This document shows, piece by piece, positions 54,691 through 63,877 of a stretch of 64,000 nt of DNA. Position numbers and translations under genes: made by a program. The stretch's first letter is position 1. Each line of letters opens with the position of its first letter. The notes under the pieces were generated by a model. That model searched no databases. It saw only the letters and a list, made by a program, of their open reading frames with translations, and was not told the DNA's origin. This DNA comes from Oscillospiraceae bacterium (GTDB lineage: Bacteria; Bacillota; Clostridia; Oscillospirales; Oscillospiraceae), in the NCBI GenBank assembly GCA_051866775.1, contig JBJDXR010000038.1, forward strand, positions 175-64,174, read 5' to 3'.

Positions 54691-56667
54691 TTAACCCTCC
54701 GGCATTTTGACATACATTCCCGTCTCGATCGGCGCGGTGGAGGTGGTTATAACGTAGTCTCCGGAAGCGATCCCGCCGGTCACGGCGCTGTTATTGTCAT
54801 CCGAGGCAACCACCTGAACATCCACCCTCTGCGCCACATACCTATTGCCCACCGGGCTGCTTTTTGCCACTACTATGTAGACAAAGCTGCCGTTTGCATC
54901 CTGCCTTATGGCGCTGTTAGGCACCACCGTCTCATAGCTCTGATTCTTTGTGCCCAGCGACAGCGTGAGCTGCGAACCGCTCTCAGCGTCCTCGCCCGTG
55001 ACGCTGAAAACAAGTATCCTGTTTTGCTGAGGTGCTTGGGGGTCTGTGCGGATACTCACAAGGGTTGCACTTATATCCTGTGAGCCCCACCAGTAATTAT
55101 TCGATATGGTGGCCTCGTCGCCGACCGTCACCTTTCTGGACTGCTCCAATGTGACCGTTATCTCGGTCTTGTAGCCCATATCCGGCACCTCAATGATAGC
55201 CAACGCCATTCCGGGGCTTGTGGTGTTGCCCGCAGTGATGCTCACCGTCTTTACGATGCCGTAAACCTGAGATAATATCTCATTGCCCGAGGTGCCGTTT
55301 CCCTCGAGCTTTGCAATAAGCGCCTCCTGCTTTGCAATCTCGTTGCGCTGGGACTGAAGGTTAAGCGCCTCAAGCTGCTGGGTCTCCTCATCGGTTTTCT
55401 GCTGCTGAGCAAGCTCAAACAGCGCGTCCTCGATGCTCTCCTCAATGGATTTCACGTTGTCAGACGCCGTCTTGTATGACGCCTTCTGGGCATCAAGCTC
55501 CTCAAGAGACTTCACAGCTGCGTCGTACTGCTTCTGGGCGCTTTCCGTGTTCTGCTGGGCACTGTCCAGCTTCTCCTGAGCCTCGTCCACAGCCTTCTTA
55601 TATTTGTTATATAGGGAATCTGAACTGACGGCGTCGATGTAGTTGGAATAAGCAGCGTTATATGAGGACTGGGCGCTGTCCACTGCCGCGCTGGCTGTGG
55701 AAACTCTCTTATTCGCAGCCGTTATCTCAGTATAGGCCTCATAATGGCCGCTGTGATTTGCCTCGTCAGCCTTGCACATCTCAGCCCGTGCGGGGATGTA
55801 TATCGGCAGCTTTGCAGTGTAGATAGTCCCCTGCTCTGTGGCACTAAGATCCGCAAACAGTACAGGGTTTTCATCCTGCGCGTGCTCCTTGTCATAGTCA
55901 TCGGCGATCCACTTCTTCGCCTCAACCACCAGAGCATCATATTTCTCTCCATACATGAGCCATGCCGTTTCCAGAGCTGTCTGGGCATCAGTCAGGTCGG
56001 CCTTTGCCGCATCCAATGCACTCTGCGCCGCGGCAACGCTGCTGTAATCTCCGCCCCCGCCGGACATCGCTGACTGCAAGTCCCTCTGTGCCTTGTCGTA
56101 TGCGGTCTGCGCCGTGGCTTCGAGAGCCTGCATGGAGACAAGCCTGTTGTTTGCCGTGGTCACTTCATCCTTTACGGTGCTGTAAGCCTCGTCAGACACA
56201 AAAAGCGCATCCATATCCGCGGTGGCATCCGCAAGCTGATTGCGCAGCTTCTGAATATTGCGGTTCTCCCTTGCATAGTCAAAATCCGATGCGCTTATAA
56301 GCGCCCGCTGATATTCGATTTTCATGCTTTCAAGCTGTTCCCTTGCAGACTCAAGCTCGGTGCTTTCAGAATCTGAGAAGGTAAAAAGCAAGTCTCCGGG
56401 GCTGACCTCCTGCCCTGCGGTTATGGCCACGGACTTTACGGTCCTTGTCTCATCTATTGAGACCTCATAGGACTCCATAGCCGTCACTGTTCCAGTACCG
56501 CGTATCTGGGCGTTGATGGTTCCGCCCATGGCTGTCTGAACAGCCACCTCCGGCAGCGAGTGGTTCATTATGGTGTTTGAGAAAAAGGTCAGGACAAGCA
56601 TAATCAGCAAAAATATGATTATCGCGTTTTTGACCCAGCCTCTGTTTTTCTTCTTTTCTTCAGTCAT
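54691..56667 (-). CDS. HlyD/membrane-fusion-protein-type periplasmic adaptor with a very long coiled coil
   Basis: N-terminal TM and split lipoyl-like halves (KSVAITAGQEVSPGDLLFTF and IVKTVSITAGNTTSPGMALAII). They flank about 350 aa of A/Q/E/S-rich heptad-like sequence. C-terminal beta-barrel ends SGDYVITTS. Confidence 0.65.
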   Translation of the reverse strand: MTEEKKKNRGWVKNAIIIFLLIMLVLTFFSNTIMNHSLPEVAVQTAMGGTINAQIRGTGTVTAMESYEVSIDETRTVKSVAITAGQEVSPGDLLFTFSDSESTELESAREQLESMKIEYQRALISASDFDYARENRNIQKLRNQLADATADMDALFVSDEAYSTVKDEVTTANNRLVSMQALEATAQTAYDKAQRDLQSAMSGGGGDYSSVAAAQSALDAAKADLTDAQTALETAWLMYGEKYDALVVEAKKWIADDYDKEHAQDENPVLFADLSATEQGTIYTAKLPIYIPARAEMCKADEANHSGHYEAYTEITAANKRVSTASAAVDSAQSSYNAAYSNYIDAVSSDSLYNKYKKAVDEAQEKLDSAQQNTESAQKQYDAAVKSLEELDAQKASYKTASDNVKSIEESIEDALFELAQQQKTDEETQQLEALNLQSQRNEIAKQEALIAKLEGNGTSGNEILSQVYGIVKTVSITAGNTTSPGMALAIIEVPDMGYKTEITVTLEQSRKVTVGDEATISNNYWWGSQDISATLVSIRTDPQAPQQNRILVFSVTGEDAESGSQLTLSLGTKNQSYETVVPNSAIRQDANGSFVYIVVAKSSPVGNRYVAQRVDVQVVASDDNNSAVTGGIASGDYVITTSTAPIETGMYVKMPEG

Positions 56668-56673
56668 GTCGTC

Positions 56674-57558
56674 TCATCCTTTCACAGAACCCTGATGGGC
56701 TATTCCCTCAACGAGATATTCCTCGCCGTGGAGGAACAGCAGGAGTGTAGGTATCATGTATATAGTGGCAACGGCAAAGGCAAGTCCCACCTCGCCGGCG
56801 TTTATCTGGGACAGATAAACCGACAGCGGCTGCTTCGTCGCGTCCGACAGTAGGATTATCGGCTGCTCCACCATGTTCCAGTAATCAATGAAAACCAGTA
56901 TAGCTATTGAGTAAAGCGCCGCGCGGCATTGTGGAAGGCATATTTTAGTAAATATCTGCCACTCGCCGGCCCCGTCGAGCTTTGCAGCCTCGATAAGGGA
57001 GGCCGGTATGCGGCGCATAAATTTCGTAAGCAGGAACACCGAGAATGGAGCGAACGCCCCCGGCAGGATTATCGCCCAGCGGGTATCCAGGATTCCAAGC
57101 CATTTCGACACAAGGTAGTTCGGCACCAGAGTCACCTGATACGGCATGAGCATCAGGATTACATAAAAGAAGAATATCGCCGCCCTGACCTTTCCGCGCC
57201 ATCTTGTAAAGCCGTAGGCGGCAATGGACGCTATGGCGACCTGAAGGATTACTATCGGCACCGTGAGAATGACCGAATTCCAGAACTTATACAGATAGTC
57301 CGGACTTTGAAACAGCACCTTGTAGTACTGGGAAAAGGTCACCTTGTCCGGGATGAATTTCAGATTCACCGTCTCGGATATGTACTTTGAGCCTCCGCCG
57401 CTGTCAGAGGAGAATACCGTACCGTAGTTTGCGTCGATCTCCGACTGGGTCATAAAGGAGTTTGAGATCGTAAGGACCGTCGGCAAAATAAATACCAATG
57501 CAAAAAACACCGACACCAGGAAGGTCACAGAGCGGCCAATCAGATGCTTCTTTTTCAC
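56674..57558 (-). CDS. Carbohydrate ABC importer permease (MalG/CUT1-type)
   Basis: Six TM segments and the EAA loop EAAKLDGAGEWQIFTKICLP. Overlaps the upstream permease gene by 4 nt. Confidence 0.9.
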   Translation of the reverse strand: MKKKHLIGRSVTFLVSVFFALVFILPTVLTISNSFMTQSEIDANYGTVFSSDSGGGSKYISETVNLKFIPDKVTFSQYYKVLFQSPDYLYKFWNSVILTVPIVILQVAIASIAAYGFTRWRGKVRAAIFFFYVILMLMPYQVTLVPNYLVSKWLGILDTRWAIILPGAFAPFSVFLLTKFMRRIPASLIEAAKLDGAGEWQIFTKICLPQCRAALYSIAILVFIDYWNMVEQPIILLSDATKQPLSVYLSQINAGEVGLAFAVATIYMIPTLLLFLHGEEYLVEGIAHQGSVKG

Positions 57559-58457
57559 CCCTCCACGTCCTTTCCGAACCAGTCCTCTATCTTAAAGAGC
57601 ACTGCAATTATTATAACCATCACTAACGCCATCAGTACCGCCGCCGCAGAGAGCTTCTGGTAGTCAAGGGACTGGAAGGTGTTATTCATAAAGTGCTGAA
57701 GCGTATATATCGAGTCGTAGGGGTAGCTGCCTGTCAATAGATAAACCTCCCTGAAAACCTTAAAGGAGTTTATAAGGGACAGTATCGTCACGAACAGCAC
57801 CGTCGGCGACAGGTATCTCAGCTTTATAGCAAAGAATTTATAAAGCGGCGAGGCCCCCTCCACATCGGCCACCTCAAGAAGCTCCCGTGGGATGTTCGCC
57901 AGGGCCGACATGAACAGTATCATGTTGTAGCCAAGATTCTTCCACAGGAAAAGGGCCGTCACCACAAGCGGGGCATAGTCGGACTTGAGCCAGTCTATCT
58001 TATCCACGCCGAACACGGACAGGAACTCGTTCAGCACGCCGTTATTGCTGAATATTACCTGCCAGATAAGCACTATCGAAGCCACCGGCACCATCATAGG
58101 ACTTAAAAAGCAGGTGCGGAATTGGCTCTTAAGCGGTATACGGGCTTCCAGCATCAGCGCAAGGCACAGCGCCAGTATCACCGCCAGCGGCACGGCTATC
58201 GCAGAGAAGGTCAGGGTGTTCTTCGCCGCCGTCTGAAAGGCGGAATTTGTCAGAAGCGCCTTAAAGTTGTCCAAAAATACAAACTCCGGATTCAGGGAAC
58301 TTTTTATAAATGCGTAATACACGACCACGCCGAATGGGAGCACAAAAAACAAAAGTACGCCAAAAAGGCTTGGCCCCAAGAAACACATACTGTGCAGGAA
58401 ATCAAGCAGTTTGGCGTTGACTTTTTTCAGTTTTCCCTTTTCTTTCCTTGTGTGCAC
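57555..58457 (-). CDS. Carbohydrate ABC importer permease (MalF/CUT1-type)
   Basis: Six TM segments and the EAA-like loop LEVADVEGASPLYKFFAIKLRYLSP. Confidence 0.9.
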   Translation of the reverse strand: MHTRKEKGKLKKVNAKLLDFLHSMCFLGPSLFGVLLFFVLPFGVVVYYAFIKSSLNPEFVFLDNFKALLTNSAFQTAAKNTLTFSAIAVPLAVILALCLALMLEARIPLKSQFRTCFLSPMMVPVASIVLIWQVIFSNNGVLNEFLSVFGVDKIDWLKSDYAPLVVTALFLWKNLGYNMILFMSALANIPRELLEVADVEGASPLYKFFAIKLRYLSPTVLFVTILSLINSFKVFREVYLLTGSYPYDSIYTLQHFMNNTFQSLDYQKLSAAAVLMALVMVIIIAVLFKIEDWFGKDVEG

Positions 58458-58495
58458 TGTTTCTCCTCTTTCCGGCAGAGCTGTGGTTTACCGTA

Positions 58496-58526
58496 TGTGT
58501 GCGGCGGCTCTCCGCCGCCGCACACA
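58496..58526 (-). other. 13-bp GC-rich intercistronic stem-loop between the SBP and permease genes
   Basis: TGTGTGCGGCGGC-TCTCC-GCCGCCGCACACA. There is no U tract on the transcribed (minus) strand, so it is more likely an mRNA-stability or partial-attenuation element than a full terminator. Confidence 0.6.
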
Positions 58527-58534
58527 GGGCTTTT

Positions 58535-60964
58535 TTATCTCTGCTCGTTAACGTAGATGCTGACGCGGCTCTGGATGAGCTTTGCGACTTCCTCGGCCGA
58601 TTTCTGCCCGGCGTAGAACGCCGCAACATCCTCAGTTATCACCTGATAGAGCGTATCGTCATACTCATAGATGCTCTCAGTGGAATTTATAAGCTCCATG
58701 AGAACATCACGGTCCTCCTCGCTCATGGCATAGATATATATCACATCGTCCTCGCCTTCGCCTATCCACCAGCCGCCGCGGTCCTGCTCCACCTGCTCGC
58801 CGGTCACGGGATCGGTGTAGTATATGGGCGTCATGGCATCAGTAAGCTTTGCGTCAAACGCGGCCTTGTTTGTGGGGAAGCTCCATACGTTGTCGGTCTG
58901 GTAATCCTCCGTAAGGAAGGTGCGTATAAACTCCCACGCGCCATCCTTATTCTTGCAGGTGGAGGACATCGCAAGGCCGCTGTTTATATTAAACGCCGAA
59001 CCGTTGCCGTGACCCGTGGGGAAGCCTACGAAGGTCACCTCTCCGCCGAACATCTTCCTCAGCATCTGTATGGAATCAAAATCAGATATATACTGGACTG
59101 AGAGCATCTGTCTTCCGGACATGAGCTTTGTGTACTCGCTCTCGTACACATAATCATCGCCATAATAGGACTCCCAGTCAAATGTCTCGGGGAAGAGTTG
59201 TGTGAAATTAAGTACATCAATGAATTCCTGACTGTCAAAGCTGCACTTGCCGGTCTCCCAATCCACAAGGTCGCCCAGCATGGAGTAGCAGCAGTAGCGC
59301 ATAACGGTGTCCTTAGTGGTGGATTCGTCAAATACGTTGGCGCCCTCGGGCATATTGCTGTAAGCGGTCATCAGGTCGTCAAGGGTCCAGCCCATCTTAT
59401 CTCCGACTATAGACGGCGCGCCGACGACCGTCTGGATAGAAAAGCCCGGGACTATATAATAGAGCTTCCCGTCGCTCTCCATGGCTTTGAACACCTGCTC
59501 AACCAGCCCTTCACGTCCGCCGATCTCTGTATCCTGCTCAATATACGGCCAAAGGTCCTCAAGCAGGCCCTTTGCGGCATAACGGTCTATAGGCAGGTTG
59601 TCAGTATCCAGAATGTCCGGCACGTCGCCGCTGAGTATCTCGGTGGTGAGCTTCGTAAGTCCGGCCTGATAGTCGTTCTCGGTGTTATACTCCGAATAAT
59701 CCTGTACCTCGATGCGGTAATTTGCATTTGATTTATTAAACTTAATTATCTCGCTGCGGATGTTGTAGTCTATGTACATACATGCGTATGTAAGTATAGT
59801 CTTCTGCTGGACTGTGGAGGCGTCGGTCTTTGTAAGCGTCACGATCTCGCTTTCATAGCCGTTCTCAGTCCACTCCTGAGATATTGCGCAGAACCTGCCA
59901 TCCTCAAGCGCGGTGACGCTGCTCAAATTGTTGCTGTCCACGTCGCAGCTCAGCCAGGAAAACAGCTTTGTACTCTCCTCCGTCTCAAAATTGAAGCCGT
60001 ACATACTGTCGCCGTTCTGATAGTATATATCATAGTCCCCGCTGCCCTGATAGAAGTTATATGCGTTGTAAGGAGCGCTGACAGGCTCTCCAAAGCTCTT
60101 ATTCGCCACGTCTATGGGCGTGAACTGGGACTTGGTCTTCTCCTCAGCCTCATCCCAAGTGCTGGTGAACACCGCGGTGCGGCCATCCGGCAGATTCACA
60201 AAGCTCTGTATCCAGTCCTCTGTCTCAATCTTCGTCACATCGCCCTCCGGGCTTAGCACATATATGAAGTTATCCCCGGTGGATATGTAGAGGTTCCCGT
60301 CATTTCCTGCGGTCATATTGTTCACATAGAAGTAATCGGCATCGCTGCTCCTAAGCTGGCTGGTATCAATCGACGAAACCTCCGTACCGGTGTTATCCAG
60401 CTTGCGGATCATATACGTATCCTCTCCGTTTACATAATAATTCCATTTGCTGTCCGTAGTCTCATCAAAATCCTCCGGAAGGTCAAAGGAATAGGTGTAT
60501 AGGTTTTCCAGCACCCAGATGTAGCCGTCCTTATCTATGCACATCTGCTGCATATAGGAGCTGCCCTCCATGCCCTCAGGTATCTCGGGAGCCTTGTAAT
60601 TTGTAAGCTGCGTAAAGCCCGCAGACGGATCCTCCATAACAAAGAGTCCCTGTTCGTAGACATCATATTCATAGCTTTGGCCCGTGGTGGGATCCGTCTC
60701 AGTCTCCTTACCGGAGATATATGACGCCGCCACATAGAGCTTGCCGTCATACCATACAGTGCTGCTAAAGTACTGCATATCCTTATTGTCTACGTCCTGA
60801 AAGTCCGCCACATAGACATACTCGGGGTTCGTCTTGTCCCCGTTCGGAGTGCCGGAGCCGCCCTCTCCGTTTTCTCCGCCGTTTTTTCCCGAACAGCCCG
60901 CAAGCGCCGTCAGCATAAGTGCCAGCGCCATGAGCAGTGTCAGGAGCCTCTTGCTTTTTCTCAT
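58535..60964 (-). CDS. 809-aa lipoprotein: uncharacterised beta-rich N-terminal domain of about 370 aa fused to an extracellular solute-binding domain
   Basis: Lipobox LTALAGCSG and a G/N/E-rich linker. The D/Y/N-rich repetitive N-domain is followed, from about residue 385, by a family-1-like SBP domain. AGGAGGA RBS. Confidence 0.8.
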   Translation of the reverse strand: MRKSKRLLTLLMALALMLTALAGCSGKNGGENGEGGSGTPNGDKTNPEYVYVADFQDVDNKDMQYFSSTVWYDGKLYVAASYISGKETETDPTTGQSYEYDVYEQGLFVMEDPSAGFTQLTNYKAPEIPEGMEGSSYMQQMCIDKDGYIWVLENLYTYSFDLPEDFDETTDSKWNYYVNGEDTYMIRKLDNTGTEVSSIDTSQLRSSDADYFYVNNMTAGNDGNLYISTGDNFIYVLSPEGDVTKIETEDWIQSFVNLPDGRTAVFTSTWDEAEEKTKSQFTPIDVANKSFGEPVSAPYNAYNFYQGSGDYDIYYQNGDSMYGFNFETEESTKLFSWLSCDVDSNNLSSVTALEDGRFCAISQEWTENGYESEIVTLTKTDASTVQQKTILTYACMYIDYNIRSEIIKFNKSNANYRIEVQDYSEYNTENDYQAGLTKLTTEILSGDVPDILDTDNLPIDRYAAKGLLEDLWPYIEQDTEIGGREGLVEQVFKAMESDGKLYYIVPGFSIQTVVGAPSIVGDKMGWTLDDLMTAYSNMPEGANVFDESTTKDTVMRYCCYSMLGDLVDWETGKCSFDSQEFIDVLNFTQLFPETFDWESYYGDDYVYESEYTKLMSGRQMLSVQYISDFDSIQMLRKMFGGEVTFVGFPTGHGNGSAFNINSGLAMSSTCKNKDGAWEFIRTFLTEDYQTDNVWSFPTNKAAFDAKLTDAMTPIYYTDPVTGEQVEQDRGGWWIGEGEDDVIYIYAMSEEDRDVLMELINSTESIYEYDDTLYQVITEDVAAFYAGQKSAEEVAKLIQSRVSIYVNEQR

Positions 60965-61322
60965 TATGTAATCCTCCTAATGATTTTACCGTAAAACCGT
61001 CTCGGGGCTGTCATATTTTAGACGGTTTCACTCTCTTTTTTGTTCCAAAAAGGTGGAAAAATATTGCGACATTTTTCACCCCGCAGAACGAAGTATAACC
61101 CGGTAAGCGAGAATATTCTGCTACAAACTTGCATCTAAAAAGCATCAATTTAATTAAAAATTGTAACACTGCCGATACTGCTGAAAACAATACATCCCCG
61201 CTGCTTAATATGCGCACAGCTCCGGCGGTAAAACCGGCAGCGCAGATATTATACCGCTTACACCCGCAGGATACATTATATCAGAAATAAAGCACACCGA
61301 CCATTAATGTTTTCTTAAGATA

Positions 61323-62042
61323 TCACCGAAGCTCTGAAAACACCTTGCCTATGCTGTCGGCTATGAGCAGGTCCGCCTTCCCGTCAAGCTGCGTGGGGCT
61401 TTTATTTATGAGTACGAGTCTGCTTCCCCTATAGTAATCCACAAGCCCAGCCGCGGGATAGACGGCAAGCGATGTGCCGCCGACTATGAGCATATCGGCC
61501 TTTCGTATATGCTCCACTGCGCGGGTAAGGGTCCTGTTATCAAGCATCTCCCCGTAGAGGACGATATCCGGGCGCACTATACCGCCGCAGTGGCACCGGG
61601 GCACGTCGGAGGCGTTCTGTACAAAGTCCCCGTCAAATCTCCTGCCGCATCTCACACAGTAATTCTTAAGCAGTGTTCCGTGAAGCTCAAGGACGTTTTC
61701 GCTGCCTGCAGCCTGATGGAGTCCGTCGATATTCTGGGTGATGACCGCCGTGAGCTTTCCCCGTTTTTCAAGCTCCGCCAGATACTTATGCGCGGCGTTT
61801 GGCTTTGCCCCCTTTATAACCAGCTTATCCCGGTAAAACCTGTAAAACTCCTGAGGTCTCCTCTCAAAAAAGTCTCCGCTCAAAATAGTCTCCGGCGGAT
61901 AATCGTACTTCTGATTATAAAGGCCGTCGGCGCTCCTGAAATCCGGGATCCCGCTCTCCGTGGAAACGCCCGCCCCGCCGAAAAACACTATCCTCTCGCT
62001 GTCATCTATAAGCTGCTGGAGCCGCGATACTTTATCCTCCAT
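61323..62042 (-). CDS. cobB: NAD-dependent protein deacylase (Sir2/CobB family)
   Basis: GAGVSTESGIPDFRS, TQNIDGLH and the catalytic His in LELHG are present. Zinc ribbon CVRCGRRF...CHCGG. Confidence 0.9.
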   Translation of the reverse strand: MEDKVSRLQQLIDDSERIVFFGGAGVSTESGIPDFRSADGLYNQKYDYPPETILSGDFFERRPQEFYRFYRDKLVIKGAKPNAAHKYLAELEKRGKLTAVITQNIDGLHQAAGSENVLELHGTLLKNYCVRCGRRFDGDFVQNASDVPRCHCGGIVRPDIVLYGEMLDNRTLTRAVEHIRKADMLIVGGTSLAVYPAAGLVDYYRGSRLVLINKSPTQLDGKADLLIADSIGKVFSELR

Positions 62043-62230
62043 TGTAATACCCTCCTAAAAAACTGCCGCGCCTGTGGGCGCGGCGCTCATATACGATTAT
62101 AATCAATTTAAATCATAAAGGCTATAGTGTAGTATAAATATCCCCCAATATAATTTCAGCGGATTACAAGCATCAGTATATCACAGATCTTCACAGCGCA
62201 GGTAAAACGCGCAAAATACCGTGTCCGTAC

Positions 62231-62263
62231 GAAAAATAAAAGCCCCGCCATAAGGCGGGGCTT
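62231..62263 (-). terminator. Intrinsic terminator after the IMP dehydrogenase gene
   Basis: Minus strand reads AAGCCCCGCC-UUAU-GGCGGGGCUU followed by UUAUUUUUC. Confidence 0.85.
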
Positions 62264-62270
62264 AACAGCT

Positions 62271-63782
62271 TTATTTCTTGGCAGGGTTTATGGTGTTTTC
62301 CTTGAGCACCACGTCGTGAGCGCCGCCCTCCACAATACTTGTCGCGGATACCAGCGTCAGCTTCGCTTTCTTCTGAAGCTCCGGAATCGTGATCGCGCCG
62401 CAGTTGCACATGGTATGGCGCACCTTGCTGAGGGTAAGGGCCACGTTGTCATGAAGTGAGCCGGCGTAGGGCACATAGGAATCAACGCCCTCCTCGAAGG
62501 CCATTCCGGCCTTGCCGCCCACATCATACCGCTGCCAGTTGCGGGCACGCGCCGAGCCTTCGCCCCAATATTCCTTCATGTAGCTGCCGCCTATAGACAC
62601 ACGCCTTGAGGGGCTTTCATCAAAGCGGGCAAAATACCTGCCCAGCATCAGGAAATCAGCGCCCATGGCCAGCGCCAGCGTGAAGTGATAGTCATGAACT
62701 ATACCGCCGTCGGAGCAGACCGGGATATATACCCCTGTCTCTTCAAAATACTTGTCCCTCTCACGGCATACGTCTATAAGCGCGGTAGCCTGTCCGCGGC
62801 CGATGCCCTTCTGCTCCCTGGTTATGCAGATGGAGCCGCCGCCGATACCGACTTTCACGAAATCAGCGCCGCAGTCGGCAAGGAACCTAAATCCCTCGCC
62901 ATCTACCACATTGCCTGCGCCGACCTTTACGGAATCGCCGTAATTTTCGCGCACCCATGCCAAAGTGCGCTTCTGCCACTCACTGAAGCCCTCGGAGGAA
63001 TCGATGCACAGTACGTCCGCTCCGGCATTTACAAGGGCCGGGACGCGCTCGGCGTAATCGCGCGTGTTAATTCCCGCTCCGACGACATATTTCTTGTGCT
63101 TATCAAGCAGCTCAAGAGGATTTTCCTTATGGGAGGAATAGTCCTTTCTGAATACAAAGTACTGGAGGTTCCCGTTCTCGTCCACAATGGGAAGGGCATT
63201 GATCTTGTTCTCCCAGATTATGTCGTTTGCTTCCTTAAGGGTTGTATCCTTCGGCGCGACCACAAGTCTGGAGAGCGGCGTCATAAAGGTTTCTACAAGC
63301 TCCTCACCTGTCATTCGGCTAAGACGGTAATCACGCTTTGTGACAATTCCAAGGAGCCTGCCGTTGGGCGTTCCGTCCTCGGTGACCGCAACCGTTGAAT
63401 GGCTCTTTGCCTGAATGGTCTCCAACAGGTGATTCAGCGTATCGGTGGGCTTTACGTTTGAATCGCTTATAACGAAGCCGGCCTTGTACGCCTTGGCTCT
63501 GGCGACCATGGCCGCCTGGCTCTCTATGGTCTGGGAACCGAAGATAAAGGACACTCCGCCCTCTCTGGCAAGTGCCACGGCCATATTGTCATCGGATACA
63601 GCCTGCATAACGGCAGATGTCATGGGTATGTTCATGCTAAGCGCCGGCTCCTCGCCCTTCTTAAATTTGACAAGGGGCGTCCTCAGGCTTACGTTATCGG
63701 GAATGCATTCGGGGCCGGAATAGCCCGGCACCAGCAGATACTCGCTGAATGTACGTGAAGGCTCCTCATAAATAAACGCCAT
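62271..63782 (-). CDS. guaB: IMP dehydrogenase family protein (about 500-aa clostridial/Bacteroides-type GuaB with CBS pair)
   Basis: The ATG at 63782 has a GGGAGG RBS. Start [20 protein letters not shown]. Catalytic loop [26 protein letters not shown] pair in the insert. Confidence 0.85.
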   Translation of the reverse strand: MAFIYEEPSRTFSEYLLVPGYSGPECIPDNVSLRTPLVKFKKGEEPALSMNIPMTSAVMQAVSDDNMAVALAREGGVSFIFGSQTIESQAAMVARAKAYKAGFVISDSNVKPTDTLNHLLETIQAKSHSTVAVTEDGTPNGRLLGIVTKRDYRLSRMTGEELVETFMTPLSRLVVAPKDTTLKEANDIIWENKINALPIVDENGNLQYFVFRKDYSSHKENPLELLDKHKKYVVGAGINTRDYAERVPALVNAGADVLCIDSSEGFSEWQKRTLAWVRENYGDSVKVGAGNVVDGEGFRFLADCGADFVKVGIGGGSICITREQKGIGRGQATALIDVCRERDKYFEETGVYIPVCSDGGIVHDYHFTLALAMGADFLMLGRYFARFDESPSRRVSIGGSYMKEYWGEGSARARNWQRYDVGGKAGMAFEEGVDSYVPYAGSLHDNVALTLSKVRHTMCNCGAITIPELQKKAKLTLVSATSIVEGGAHDVVLKENTINPAKK

Positions 63783-63839
63783 ATAATATCCTCCCACATT
63801 ATATTAATATATTAATATCTGATTGTTAAGTTAAACGGT

Positions 63840-63868
63840 ATGTTAACACCGGCAAACCCTGCTGTCAA
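63840..63868 (-). promoter_or_regulatory. Sigma-A-type promoter upstream of guaB (TTGACA-N17-TAACAT)
   Basis: Reverse complement has TTGACA at 63868-63863 and TAACAT at 63845-63840. Confidence 0.45.
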
Positions 63869-63877
63869 GCAAAAAAG

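Noticed and set aside
60965-61322. 358-nt leader upstream of the SBP gene, considered as a possible riboswitch or attenuator. It contains a 9-bp stem AAACCGTCT...AGACGGTTT about 20 nt before the RBS.
   Set aside because: The stem has a 17-nt loop, only a short U run follows, and I see no alternative antiterminator pairing or known riboswitch core. It is worth an Rfam scan, but the evidence is insufficient to call a feature.
61323-62042. The Sir2-domain protein as a possible anti-phage NADase (Thoeris, DSR or SIR2-HerA type).
   Set aside because: It is a 239-aa stand-alone protein with the canonical sirtuin deacylase motifs (GAGVSTESGIPDFRS, QNIDGLH) and a Cys4 zinc ribbon. It has no fused effector or sensor domain and no partner gene, and it is flanked by housekeeping genes.
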